From positions 1 to 35,502 of the IMG/VR virus record IMGVR_UViG_3300020045_007257: a stretch of 35,502 nt of DNA. One strand, 5' to 3'. Shown here piece by piece: positions 25,881 to 34,191 of the stretch. A program made the translations under genes and the position numbers. The stretch's first letter is position 1. Each line of letters starts with the position of its first letter. The DNA is from a virus. Taxonomy: Duplodnaviria; Caudoviricetes. The notes below the pieces were generated by a model that had not been told where the DNA came from, made no database searches, and worked only from the letters and a program-made list of their open reading frames with translations.

Positions 25881-26737
25881 ATTTGTCCTGCTGCTTTTAA
25901 AAGGGCTGTCTCTTCGTTCGTTAATGGGGTTATCGTATGCTGCCCATATTTCGACGAGGTTGCGTTTTTGGATTTGCGTGTACCAAACTGACCATTAAGA
26001 ACTTTTAAGGCGTTGTCGTGGACTACAAGCCAGTTCAGAGTGGCAACAAAGTCAGAGTCTTCTTGTTGACCTGTTAAAAAATCAGATTCAATAGTTTTTT
26101 GAAAAATTTCGCTCCACGTTTTAATTACTTTGAATTCTTTAAACGAAACGGTGGTGATGAAGTCCTGAATGTTTTTGCTTGAAAGCCCACGGCAGTACGA
26201 GATCTTCCCGTGGCCAGCGCACTTGTCGTTAAAAAGCTGGATTACGTTATCAATTTTGACGCACTCTTCTTTTAAAGAAGAAGAAGAAGGAAGAGAAGAA
26301 TCCTTTACCTCTACCTTTACCTTTACCTTTACCTGTGCCCCTAGTGACTCAAGTGAATCACTCACTAGCCCCTCAGGAGTGTTTGCATTTACTAAGTAGG
26401 GGCTAGTTTGTATGTTGTGGTATTCTAAGAGATTTAAAACGCCTCTATGTGCGTTATTAGCAGGATTCAACAATCCCTTCTGCTGATAGGTGATAAACTT
26501 GGGAACATGCCACTTATCAAGAGAAATGATATTGATGCGTGTGCCTAGCGCGTTTATGGCCGATTGTCGATCAAGTGCTGTTCCAATTGAGTAACTAGCG
26601 AGCTTAAAATTGACCTTCCAAACACCAGCATGATCACATGTGTCTAATATGTAGAGCCATAGGATTTTCATTAATGGCTCGAGCTCTAAAAACCACTCAT
26701 CTTTCCATTTTTCCGTGTCTGTAAAACGCTTAGCCAT
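25877..26737 (-). CDS. Replication initiator (lambda O-like) with an internal origin-like region
   Basis: N-terminal winged-helix-like MAKRFTDTEKWKDEWF..L....KILWLYIL, low-complexity linker, C-terminal FLTG...F.ATLNWL......KVLNG.F domain. Confidence 0.8.
   Translation of the reverse strand: MAKRFTDTEKWKDEWFLELEPLMKILWLYILDTCDHAGVWKVNFKLASYSIGTALDRQSAINALGTRINIISLDKWHVPKFITYQQKGLLNPANNAHRGVLNLLEYHNIQTSPYLVNANTPEGLVSDSLESLGAQVKVKVKVEVKDSSLPSSSSLKEECVKIDNVIQLFNDKCAGHGKISYCRGLSSKNIQDFITTVSFKEFKVIKTWSEIFQKTIESDFLTGQQEDSDFVATLNWLVVHDNALKVLNGQFGTRKSKNATSSKYGQHTITPLTNEETALLKAAGQI
26275..26407. repeat. Repeat cluster inside the initiator gene (candidate origin)
   Basis: (GAA)n purine tract 26275-26300; about 5 copies of TACCTT at 26302-26334; inverted repeats CTAGTGA/TCACTAG (26341/26362) and ACTAGCCCCT/AGGGGCTAGT (26364/26398). 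Confidence 0.55.
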
Positions 26738-27113
26738 TAGAAACCTCTAAAGTTAACACCGAAGCAAAGGCTTCTTCATCTGGACACACGCACGATTCAA
26801 ATTGATTGCACAGGCCTTTAAGGCTCTTTAGGACGCTGTCTACCCGGGCACTGTAATAAAACCACTCCCCAATAGCCTCAAGACCGGAAAGCCTTGAGTG
26901 GCACATTTTCTCAGCTTGTTTTGCCATTTCCTGAGTTTCGAACTCGTACAAATATACGAGATGTAACTTTTTAGCGTTGCCCGTTTGGAGCTGCGCAATT
27001 CGATAATCAACATCGTTGGACGTGAAGCCGATTTTAACCACACTAACGTTAGTAAGGAGTTCATTTGGGCCTTCCTCTGGAGCGATATCCGTAATGACGT
27101 AAACGTAACCCAT
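26730..27113 (-). CDS. GIY-YIG-like T5orf172 domain protein (second copy)
   Basis: GYVYVI...VKIGFT......RIAQLQTGN...AEKMCH..L......GEWF. Confidence 0.85.
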   Translation of the reverse strand: MGYVYVITDIAPEEGPNELLTNVSVVKIGFTSNDVDYRIAQLQTGNAKKLHLVYLYEFETQEMAKQAEKMCHSRLSGLEAIGEWFYYSARVDSVLKSLKGLCNQFESCVCPDEEAFASVLTLEVSNG

Positions 27114-27126
27114 GACGAAAACTCCT

Positions 27127-28218
27127 TTAAAACATTCCAGAAGCGTCTTTCACTGCTTCTTCTACGTGTAGATCGTGTTCATCTTTAGGACCTAGCTTGT
27201 TTTTAATTTTAACAATTGCCCCAACGATCTTCTCAAGCTTCATGTCTTCAATTGCTCTGGCCGAGCTCGTTCCAAACATCTCTTCAAGTAGCTCAATTCT
27301 CTTTTTCTGAGCGTCTTTGGATGTCCCACTTAGATCATATTTAACCAGTAGATCCTTAAGCTCTTCTAGTGCGATTTCTTTCTGTTTCTTGATCTCTGCC
27401 CATGAGTAATCAACGTCGCCAAACATGTCTTGAGAGTTCCTAGTTGTATCCGTACCTAAGTGCTCACCACCAAAATTCAAGAATCCGACTACACTTGCGA
27501 AATCTTTAAACTTCGGCATAGTTAGTTCTCTGCCGTTCATGGTGTCGGTTCTGTCCTTGATCACGATGCATTTATTGGTAAATCCGCGCTCTTGTTTAGT
27601 TTTCTTTTTACCTTTAACGGTCGTGACTGTGATTTTTGGAGCTTTAAACATCTCGAGCAATAGATCAGGCTCAAATCCGGTTTCGGTTTCAACCTTCATC
27701 TTTGTTCCTGACTTTTTGATCTCTTGGTTGCCTTCTTCATCTTCGGTCTGATCGTATTCGTGGCCAGCTCTTCCGAGCATTGCTACAGAAAGTTTCGAGT
27801 TAACATATAGGTCTGTGTATTGGGCCCATTCAGATTTAAGAACACCCCAATCTTTCATAGTTAAGAAGTTTCTGCCTTTGTTCTTAAGCCAAGAATCTAC
27901 CAGGTCACGCCATACGTGGGTAATAGAGTCGATAATTAGGAAGTCGTATCCGTTTGCCTCGGCCTCTTTAATGGTGGCGACAAGATCTTTAAACGCTTTA
28001 GACTTAACAACATCCAGCTGGACGCCAGCGTCTTTAAATCTTTTAATATGGAAGTCTGATCCTTTTTCTGTGTCGAACCAAGCCACTTTCTTTTTTCCTT
28101 TAAGTGACATACCGATAGCGAACTCAACGGCTGTGTAGGTTTTGCCTGATCCTTCGAATCCCAGGATTCCGACTTTTAAAAAAGCTGTCTGGTTAGTTGC
28201 TGGTCTCAAGAGGCCCAT
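27127..28218 (-). CDS. AAA_24 family P-loop ATPase, Sak4-like recombinase
   Basis: Walker A GFEGSGKT, DTEKGS, Walker B LIIDSITH.W. Confidence 0.8.
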   Translation of the reverse strand: MGLLRPATNQTAFLKVGILGFEGSGKTYTAVEFAIGMSLKGKKKVAWFDTEKGSDFHIKRFKDAGVQLDVVKSKAFKDLVATIKEAEANGYDFLIIDSITHVWRDLVDSWLKNKGRNFLTMKDWGVLKSEWAQYTDLYVNSKLSVAMLGRAGHEYDQTEDEEGNQEIKKSGTKMKVETETGFEPDLLLEMFKAPKITVTTVKGKKKTKQERGFTNKCIVIKDRTDTMNGRELTMPKFKDFASVVGFLNFGGEHLGTDTTRNSQDMFGDVDYSWAEIKKQKEIALEELKDLLVKYDLSGTSKDAQKKRIELLEEMFGTSSARAIEDMKLEKIVGAIVKIKNKLGPKDEHDLHVEEAVKDASGMF

Positions 28219-28226
28219 ATAAACTC

Positions 28227-28385
28227 CTATTCTTTTTCATCGCTCAGCTCGACAAAATCGTCGGCTGCTTGTTTTACTGTTCTTAAAATTTCTTTTTCTT
28301 CTTCCGTGTTTAACTCAAGTGCATAAGCATCCAGGAACCTAGTTAGGACGTGGTGATCGATAAACTTAGATTTTGAATCACTCAT
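28227..28385 (-). CDS. 52-aa acidic hypothetical protein (not in the ORF track)
   Basis: MSDSKSKFIDHHVLTRFLDAYALEL...; TAATG overlap with the upstream stop. Confidence 0.55.
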   Translation of the reverse strand: MSDSKSKFIDHHVLTRFLDAYALELNTEEEKEILRTVKQAADDFVELSDEKE

Positions 28386-28615
28386 TATGCGATCTCTTTC
28401 GGATGGTTATAAAAGTTCGAACCATTCCAAGATTCTTCTCTAATTATCTTTATCTTGCGTTCAATTGACTCAACATGGTTTTTCGCTACTAATAGATCCA
28501 GTTCGCAACCCATGCTGTGCTTGATATTTATAGCGAGTAAGGATTCAATTCTTTTCGCATCCAAGAGCATTGAATCCATAAGGGCCACAACCATTAATTC
28601 TGTTACAACTTTCAT
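28385..28615 (-). CDS. Hypothetical protein
   Basis: GAGGCGG RBS; coupled. Confidence 0.5.
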   Translation of the reverse strand: MKVVTELMVVALMDSMLLDAKRIESLLAINIKHSMGCELDLLVAKNHVESIERKIKIIREESWNGSNFYNHPKEIA

Positions 28616-28885
28616 TTACGCCGCCTCTTTTGCTGCTCTGTTTTTCGCCTGTTCTTCAAACTCTGCGTAGTCTGAGTCTGTAGGTGTATAATGACTAATC
28701 TTTGAGTGTGTGATTTTCAGGGCGATTAGGTGCCAGTACATGATTTTCTTTTCGCTGTAGCGAGCAGCCTCGAAGTCATAGATGGCTTCAAACTTGGCTT
28801 CGATATAAACGGCATTTCCGTTTTCTGTTTCTGATTCGAAATCTAAGACTAGGTCGTCCATAAAAATCTCCAAAAAAAGGCGCAT
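28616..28885 (-). CDS. Hypothetical acidic protein
   Basis: Likely starts at the internal MDDLV (GGAG RBS). Confidence 0.5.
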   Translation of the reverse strand: MRLFLEIFMDDLVLDFESETENGNAVYIEAKFEAIYDFEAARYSEKKIMYWHLIALKITHSKISHYTPTDSDYAEFEEQAKNRAAKEAA

Positions 28886-28987
28886 TAATAGAACTCACGC
28901 AAAAGCATGAATAATTTTCAATTGGTCTTGTGTTGGATTCGTTCCGTGGTAATAAAGCGGCGTCTTGCCACTTCGCAGTTGTGAGAA

Positions 28988-29212
28988 CTAGGCGGACTTT
29001 TCTTGTTTCGAAGCAGGGAAAAGTTCGTCTCTTTTAAAACCAGTAGCTTTACAGATTGCAGTCTGTTCAAGCTCGGAAGCCATTCTTACCCCTCTTATAA
29101 TCTTGTCCAGAGTAAAGAATTTAATTCGCGCCTTGTAGGCCAGGTCTTCTTTTGCTAGTTGTCCGTTTTGTGACAGCCAGTAATTTAATTGATCCAAGTT
29201 TGTTGTTCTCAT
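28988..29212 (-). CDS. Cro-like HTH regulator
   Basis: 74 aa XRE-type HTH (KEDLAYKARIKFFTLDKIIRG...AICKATG...DELF), divergent from the repressor, first gene of the early operon. Confidence 0.75.
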   Translation of the reverse strand: MRTTNLDQLNYWLSQNGQLAKEDLAYKARIKFFTLDKIIRGVRMASELEQTAICKATGFKRDELFPASKQEKSA

Positions 29213-29218
29213 AGCGTT

Positions 29219-29246
29219 ATTATAGCTAGCAGCTATGTTTTAGCAA
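29219..29246 (-). promoter_or_regulatory. Early leftward sigma70-type promoter with a palindromic operator
   Basis: Minus strand TTGCTA-16 nt-TATAAT-6 nt-ATG. Palindrome ATAGCT-AGC-AGCTAT (29222-29236) covers the spacer and the -10 edge. Confidence 0.75.
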
Positions 29247-29305
29247 GATAATTCTTAGCGCATAGCTTAGGTGAGAAATTTTTACAATTGAATTAAAGTA
29301 AACGT

Positions 29306-29692
29306 ATGGAAACTATTGAGATTATTTCTAAGAACCTGATCGCGGCTAGAGGCCGTATGTCTCGGCAAGAGCTTGCTGAGAAGGCGAAAATATCTTATCA
29401 GGCCGTAAGGGATATTGAAGAGAAGGACAGGAACCCATCAATAGCGATGCTTCAAACCTTGGCTAATGCTCTAGGGATTACGATAGTTGACCTGTTAAGG
29501 AGCGACTCAGAGCCAAAGCCGGTAGCTATGCCGGTTTCAAAAACCCTTCAGAAGATGATGAATGTTCCAGATCAGGCATACGACTTCGCAGCAGACATTG
29601 ACCCTGGTCACAAAGTTTGGAGAGATGTTTTAACATTGTTGGGCGCAGCTGCTGAGGAATCTAGGCAGGCAAAAATGACTAAGAAGGCTTAA
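29306..29692 (+). CDS. CI-like repressor (XRE HTH_3)
   Basis: MSRQELAEKAKISYQAVRDIE...RNPSIAMLQTLANALGITIVDL; divergent from the Cro-like gene; no S24 autoprotease domain visible. Confidence 0.85.
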   Translation: METIEIISKNLIAARGRMSRQELAEKAKISYQAVRDIEEKDRNPSIAMLQTLANALGITIVDLLRSDSEPKPVAMPVSKTLQKMMNVPDQAYDFAADIDPGHKVWRDVLTLLGAAAEESRQAKMTKKA

Positions 29693-29858
29693 CCAGCTTT
29701 AGGCCAATCTTTTCGCTTTTCTCTGAGAAGATCACAACTAGCTTAAGAATGGACCCATCCTTTAGCTTAACTTCAATCTCTCTTTCTTCAGTCTTTCTAC
29801 CTTCGATGTCGTCCAATAGCCGTACAAATTGCAACAGTATTGCCGCTCTTTCCTGCAT
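29679..29858 (-). CDS. 59-aa hypothetical protein convergent on the repressor (not in the ORF track)
   Basis: MQERAAILLQFVRLLDDIEGRKTEEREIEVKLKDGSILKLVVIFSEK...; GCGGGG upstream; protein-like composition. Confidence 0.5.
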   Translation of the reverse strand: MQERAAILLQFVRLLDDIEGRKTEEREIEVKLKDGSILKLVVIFSEKSEKIGLKLVKPS

Positions 29859-30017
29859 AAAACCCCGCTTGTATAAACAATGTCTAACTAATCGGGTATT
29901 AAGTTTTCTTCATTACTCAAGAATCCTTAATCCGGCACTTATCTCTCATCTCGATACTTGAGCATAGGTGCGAAATCCTAATCTAGATTTTATTCCCGCA
30001 CCTCTTACGATTAGAGG

Positions 30018-30236
30018 ATGAACGCAAAGAAAACATTGAAGAAGTTACGAGGGGAAAGTGATCGCGCTACTCACTCAATCTATATCTCTAAGGCCATCAT
30101 GAAAGAGTTTGGGAAGGCCTGTGAACCGATTGGACACTCCAGGGTACTAGAGGAGCTAATGAGAGAGTTCCTGGATGACCTCTCTTTAAAGGCAAAGACT
30201 GCCACCTTGAAGAAAGTTTCGATTAAGAAAAATTGA
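30018..30236 (+). CDS. Putative ribbon-helix-helix DNA-binding protein
   Basis: RATHSIYISKAIMKEF...SRVLEELMREFL strand-helix-helix pattern. Confidence 0.6.
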   Translation: MNAKKTLKKLRGESDRATHSIYISKAIMKEFGKACEPIGHSRVLEELMREFLDDLSLKAKTATLKKVSIKKN

Positions 30237-30271
30237 GACAAGAAAAGATCACGAGCTCCGATAGGGTTCTC

Positions 30272-30454
30272 ATGAAAACAATGTTGCTGCTTCTTTTAAT
30301 GGTTTCCTGCGCCTCCAGAGGTCCGGCAAACACAAACGGCCAGTCGTCGACTGCAGTCATTAAATCAAACGACAGTATTGTCAGAGAAGTAGTTGAGACA
30401 ACCGCCGGAGTGATAATTGGAGCAGGAATATTGTCAGCAGGCGCTTTGAAATAG
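30272..30454 (+). CDS. Small lipoprotein
   Basis: MKTMLLLLLMVS-C lipobox; Gly/Ala-rich hydrophobic C-terminus. Confidence 0.55.
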   Translation: MKTMLLLLLMVSCASRGPANTNGQSSTAVIKSNDSIVREVVETTAGVIIGAGILSAGALK

Positions 30455-30460
30455 TTTACA

Positions 30461-30535
30461 AATTCGCGAAAAATCCAAAGAATTCGCAATAAATAAGTCG
30501 AAAACACTCAAGAACTCGCAAAAATCTTCTTGACC
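30461..30535 (+). promoter_or_regulatory. Three direct repeats AAYTCGCRA.AAAT upstream of a TTGACC -35-like box (candidate late promoter)
   Basis: aattcgcgaaaaatc (30461), aattcgcaataaat (30481), aactcgcaaaaatc (30513), then TTGACC at 30530. Confidence 0.5.
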
Positions 30536-30564
30536 CCACCAAAATCCTGAGCTGCATCTGAAGA

Positions 30565-30936
30565 ATGCAGACCCTTGTAGATCTCAAGCGACCAAAACGA
30601 AAACCGAAGTCTAGAGAAAATTTGATAGAGCAATCTATCTTACAGTATCTAGAATTTCTACCGGGTTGTTATGCTTGGAAGAATCACACGACTGGTTATT
30701 TCGATACCAGAACCCAAACGTTCAAGAAGCAAAAAAGCAAGTACGCGATTAACGGCGTATCCGACATCCTTGGTATTTATAAGGGTAAGCTACTTGCGAT
30801 TGAAGTCAAAGATCCTCAAAACAAATCTCGCACAGACTCTCAGAACAAATTCATCGAAACAATCACAAGATATGGCGGCCTAGCGTTCTACGCGACTTCA
30901 GTTGATGAAGTTAAAGAGAAGCTGGTGGCAGTATGA
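30565..30936 (+). CDS. VRR-NUC family nuclease (putative Holliday junction resolvase)
   Basis: E..IEQSI..YL...GVSDIL.......AIEVK......T..Q..F......GG.A....SVDEV. Confidence 0.88.
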   Translation: MQTLVDLKRPKRKPKSRENLIEQSILQYLEFLPGCYAWKNHTTGYFDTRTQTFKKQKSKYAINGVSDILGIYKGKLLAIEVKDPQNKSRTDSQNKFIETITRYGGLAFYATSVDEVKEKLVAV

Positions 30937-31118
30937 TCACCACTGAAATTGGCTCATGCTCTGCCATTGTTAAGGCCATTTCAACCACTGCAGACGGTGG
31001 GTACAAACTCACCCTTGAACTCAATCCTGAAGACAGAACCGTTATTAACAAGCTCATGGATCGGTACGGACTAGGAAAAACCCTTGTTCAGCTCGGAATC
31101 ATCGGGGTTGAAGAATGA
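30933..31118 (+). CDS. Hypothetical protein
   Basis: ATGA overlaps at both ends; STTADGGYKLTLEL motif. Confidence 0.55.
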   Translation: MITTEIGSCSAIVKAISTTADGGYKLTLELNPEDRTVINKLMDRYGLGKTLVQLGIIGVEE

Positions 31119-31540
31119 CTAAGAAACCAGTCAAGAAGTCAGCGCCAAACGGAAGACCATCACTGTATAGGCCAGAATACTGTCAGATGCTAATTGACCA
31201 CATGGCGACCGGGATGACTTATGAGTCGTTTGCCGGAGTTGTGAGTGTAGACAGGGACACTTTGTACCAATGGGAAGAAGTCCATAAAGAGTTTTCCGAT
31301 ACCAAAAGAGTCGCCAGGGCAAAGCAGCAGTTGGCGAACGAAAAGAGAATGCACGACATGTCTCTTGGGAAGATTCGCAACGCCTCTGTGACTGCTCAAA
31401 TCTTTATCATGAAGAACTGCCACAAGTGGACTGATCGAGTTGAACACACCGAGAGATCAGTTAAGGGCATGACTGACGAGGAGCTTGAGGCAGAAGCTCG
31501 GGCCTTGCTGGATGCTAGGAAAGAAAAGGAGCGCCAGTGA
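31115..31540 (+). CDS. terS: Terminase small subunit
   Basis: GRPSLYRPEYC...ESFAGVVSVDRDTLYQW...H.EFSD...IF.MKN...W.D; upstream of TerL. Confidence 0.85.
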   Translation: MTKKPVKKSAPNGRPSLYRPEYCQMLIDHMATGMTYESFAGVVSVDRDTLYQWEEVHKEFSDTKRVARAKQQLANEKRMHDMSLGKIRNASVTAQIFIMKNCHKWTDRVEHTERSVKGMTDEELEAEARALLDARKEKERQ

Positions 31541-31740
31541 AGTATAAGGACGTGATCTTGTACAGAATCATTGAGATCGAGAAATCTCTAAAGAAGATGC
31601 AGAAAACTATCGCAACAACAGGAAGCAAGCTCACGCAGGCCAGATACCGGGTCAATTTCAAAACATACCTACTCAACATTAACATATTTAACTCAATGCC
31701 CGGTGAGACTTACGAAGCTCAAGTAGAGGAGCTTAAGTGA
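31537..31740 (+). CDS. Hypothetical protein
   Basis: AAGGAG RBS; GTGA overlaps. Confidence 0.5.
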   Translation: MKYKDVILYRIIEIEKSLKKMQKTIATTGSKLTQARYRVNFKTYLLNINIFNSMPGETYEAQVEELK

Positions 31741-32150
31741 AAATCAACATCAGAGACTTTAAACCGGAAGACACTAACCTTGTGATGGATATGTGGCTCC
31801 GCTCTTATTACGCCAACATGACCGGATACAGAGAAGATGGGAAAGTCTTTTTCTCAAATCATCAGAAGCAAATCGAGAAGCTTAATAGCGAAGAGAAACT
31901 TGTCTGCCAGGTCGCATGCTCATCAGAGGATGAAGATATTATTTTCGGGTTCGCCGTATTTGGCACCGACTACACCCTTCACTATGTAGCAGTAAAGGAG
32001 ACGTTTAAGCGTCTCGGGGTAGCGAGTCTCCTGCTCAAGTCGTTCTATAAGGATCGAAGAGAGGTAACCGTGAGCCACTGGACCAAAGACGTTAACCATA
32101 TCAAAAAAATCTACAAAGTTAACTACAACCGATACCGGTTTTTTCAATAG
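31737..32150 (+). CDS. GNAT family acetyltransferase
   Basis: IRDFKPED...IFGFAV...LHYVAVKETFKRLGVASLLL (acetyl-CoA-binding motif A). Confidence 0.85.
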   Translation: MKINIRDFKPEDTNLVMDMWLRSYYANMTGYREDGKVFFSNHQKQIEKLNSEEKLVCQVACSSEDEDIIFGFAVFGTDYTLHYVAVKETFKRLGVASLLLKSFYKDRREVTVSHWTKDVNHIKKIYKVNYNRYRFFQ

Positions 32151-32158
32151 GGTACATC

Positions 32159-32356
32159 ATGTTTAAAAGCGTTGGAGGATTTATCTTCCTGGTTATTGTT
32201 TTCGCCGCAGCAGTATTAGCAATCACTCTAAAGCTGTATGTTATCGGCTCTGTTGTCACATCAGGTATTAAGTCGGTAAGCGGGAAATGTGGAACCACTT
32301 ATCCCGTAGAGAGAGTTCTGAGCGGCGACTGGTTCTGTGAAACAAAAGGAAACTAA
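32159..32356 (+). CDS. Small membrane protein
   Basis: Long hydrophobic N-terminal segment and a C-terminal Cys pair. Confidence 0.5.
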   Translation: MFKSVGGFIFLVIVFAAAVLAITLKLYVIGSVVTSGIKSVSGKCGTTYPVERVLSGDWFCETKGN

Positions 32357-32629
32357 ATGAAACTCAAGGTTATCAACGCCACACTTGGCGAAGCTGTAAA
32401 GCTACAGACAAACACGCTCCACTCATTCATCACATCTAAAAAATCAGATGCGAAAATGCCTATCTTTGAACTCGAGTACGATACAGAAGCCCAGCTTCTC
32501 ATGATCGGATACCAGGACAAGAACGTGATCGCAGTAGGAATCACAAACATTAAGGTGATGGAACTTGAATCGACTTCAGGAACTAGTACAGGAACTCAAG
32601 CAGCGGGAACTGGCAAGAAATCTAAGTAG
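32357..32629 (+). CDS. Hypothetical protein
   Basis: AAGGA RBS; 3' end overlaps terL. Confidence 0.5.
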   Translation: MKLKVINATLGEAVKLQTNTLHSFITSKKSDAKMPIFELEYDTEAQLLMIGYQDKNVIAVGITNIKVMELESTSGTSTGTQAAGTGKKSK

Positions 32630-33971
32630 CATTAGCTTTGTTGATGAAAGGTTTCCCAAGCAAAAAGAACTCATACTTGATACCGCAAGGTTTCAAGCGT
32701 GGAACTGTACCCGAAGGGGTGCCAAGTCCACGTCATTCGCAAGAAAGGTTTTAAAGAAGCTACATGAGAATCCAGGACACGACGCAATTTACGCCGCTCT
32801 CACACTCGATTCTGCTAAGAAGATTCTTTGGAAGCCCCTTGTCGAGGTATTGGAGGCCAACTCAGTCCCATATATCGGGTATGAGCGAGAAGGCGTTATC
32901 AAGCTTCGGAATGGAACTGGCGATCGCGGTCTATCTAATTGCTCGACTCTCTCCATGTTCGGAGTCAATTCTAACTATAAAGAAATGGCAAAAATTCTTG
33001 GGCAAAAGATTTCCATGGTCGGGATCGACGAGGTCGGATCAATGACGATCGACATGGTTGAGCTTTGCTACCAGAAGATTAAGCCGGCACTCTCAGATTT
33101 GCAGGGTGAGCTCATTATTCTTGGGACATGTGAAAACATTCCTAACACGTTCTTTGAGAAGGTGATTAAAGGCATCGAGGATATGGCGGCGCTATGGAAG
33201 GTTCACGTCTGGACCACTTACGACAATCCTTACATGGCAAAGATTCATCATCAAGAAATGGAAGATGCTAAGAAGATTAACCCGAATGTGGTGCATGCCT
33301 CATGGTTCAGAACCCACTACTTAAACGAATGGTGCTCAGACGATACGAAGCTCATCGTTAAAATGATGGATCACTCATCTTGCGACTTCAAAACTCTTGA
33401 AAACTACCACTATGTATTAGGAGTCGATCTTGGGTTTAACGATTCTTGTGCTTATGCAGTCCTTGCTTACTCAAGTCGCGATCCTTATGGCTATGTTGTC
33501 ACCACGTCTAAACATAAAGGGCAAGACATCACTGATACCGCGAATACTATTCGCAATCTTATGTCTAAATATCCTATCTCTCGCGTGGTTGTGGATGGAG
33601 CTAATAAGCAAGGGGTAGAGGAGATGAGAAACCGGCACCGTCTTCCACTTGATGCCGCTGACAAGCAAGACAAGGCTACCTTCTTAAAGCTTATGGCTGA
33701 CGATATCAAGCAAGGCAAAATCAAATTATTCCCAGATACAAAACAACTCAAGGACGAGTGGGCAATGCTCCAATGGAAGGACGAGTACCAGGACACCGAG
33801 GATGAGCGGTGTGAGAACCATCTGTCAGACGCAACTCTTTACGCGTGGAGATTCATTCGGAACTTCATGTATCGACAACCAATTGAGCAGCCAGAATACG
33901 GCACTAAACAATATATGGACGACTACGCAAAACAACTACAGAAACGAAAGGCGGCAAGACATGACTACTGA
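32565..33971 (+). CDS. terL: Terminase large subunit
   Basis: Walker A TRRGAKST, Walker B VGIDEVG, coupling motif LGT, nuclease LGVDLGFND and HLSDATLYAWR. Confidence 0.92.
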   Translation: MNRLQELVQELKQRELARNLSSISFVDERFPKQKELILDTARFQAWNCTRRGAKSTSFARKVLKKLHENPGHDAIYAALTLDSAKKILWKPLVEVLEANSVPYIGYEREGVIKLRNGTGDRGLSNCSTLSMFGVNSNYKEMAKILGQKISMVGIDEVGSMTIDMVELCYQKIKPALSDLQGELIILGTCENIPNTFFEKVIKGIEDMAALWKVHVWTTYDNPYMAKIHHQEMEDAKKINPNVVHASWFRTHYLNEWCSDDTKLIVKMMDHSSCDFKTLENYHYVLGVDLGFNDSCAYAVLAYSSRDPYGYVVTTSKHKGQDITDTANTIRNLMSKYPISRVVVDGANKQGVEEMRNRHRLPLDAADKQDKATFLKLMADDIKQGKIKLFPDTKQLKDEWAMLQWKDEYQDTEDERCENHLSDATLYAWRFIRNFMYRQPIEQPEYGTKQYMDDYAKQLQKRKAARHDY

Positions 33972-34191
33972 AATGAAAGGCGAGTACACGCCTAAACAGT
34001 TCGAGCAATTTGTAAAGATTATGATTAAACACAAGGTCGAAGAATTCTCTCAAGTTGGGGCAAGTATCAAGCTTTCCCCTCTGGCAATGATCGACAAAGA
34101 AGCAAAGAGATCGAAGCGTGAAGCAGTTTCTCCAAGCATCGATGACGATCTGTTCTACTCATCTGACAAAACAAAAGCCAAGGTTAAATAA
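33961..34191 (+). CDS. Hypothetical protein
   Basis: ATG 33961 with AAGGCGG upstream; lies between terL and portal. Confidence 0.55.
   Translation: MTTEMKGEYTPKQFEQFVKIMIKHKVEEFSQVGASIKLSPLAMIDKEAKRSKREAVSPSIDDDLFYSSDKTKAKVK

Noticed and set aside
2744-33796. Many short ORFs in the track that are antisense to or nested in long genes (e.g. 3939-4169, 7353-7643, 13130-13474, 17480-17731, 27815-28138, 33491-33796)
   Set aside because: They are shadows of well-supported genes and lack RBS or recognisable motifs.
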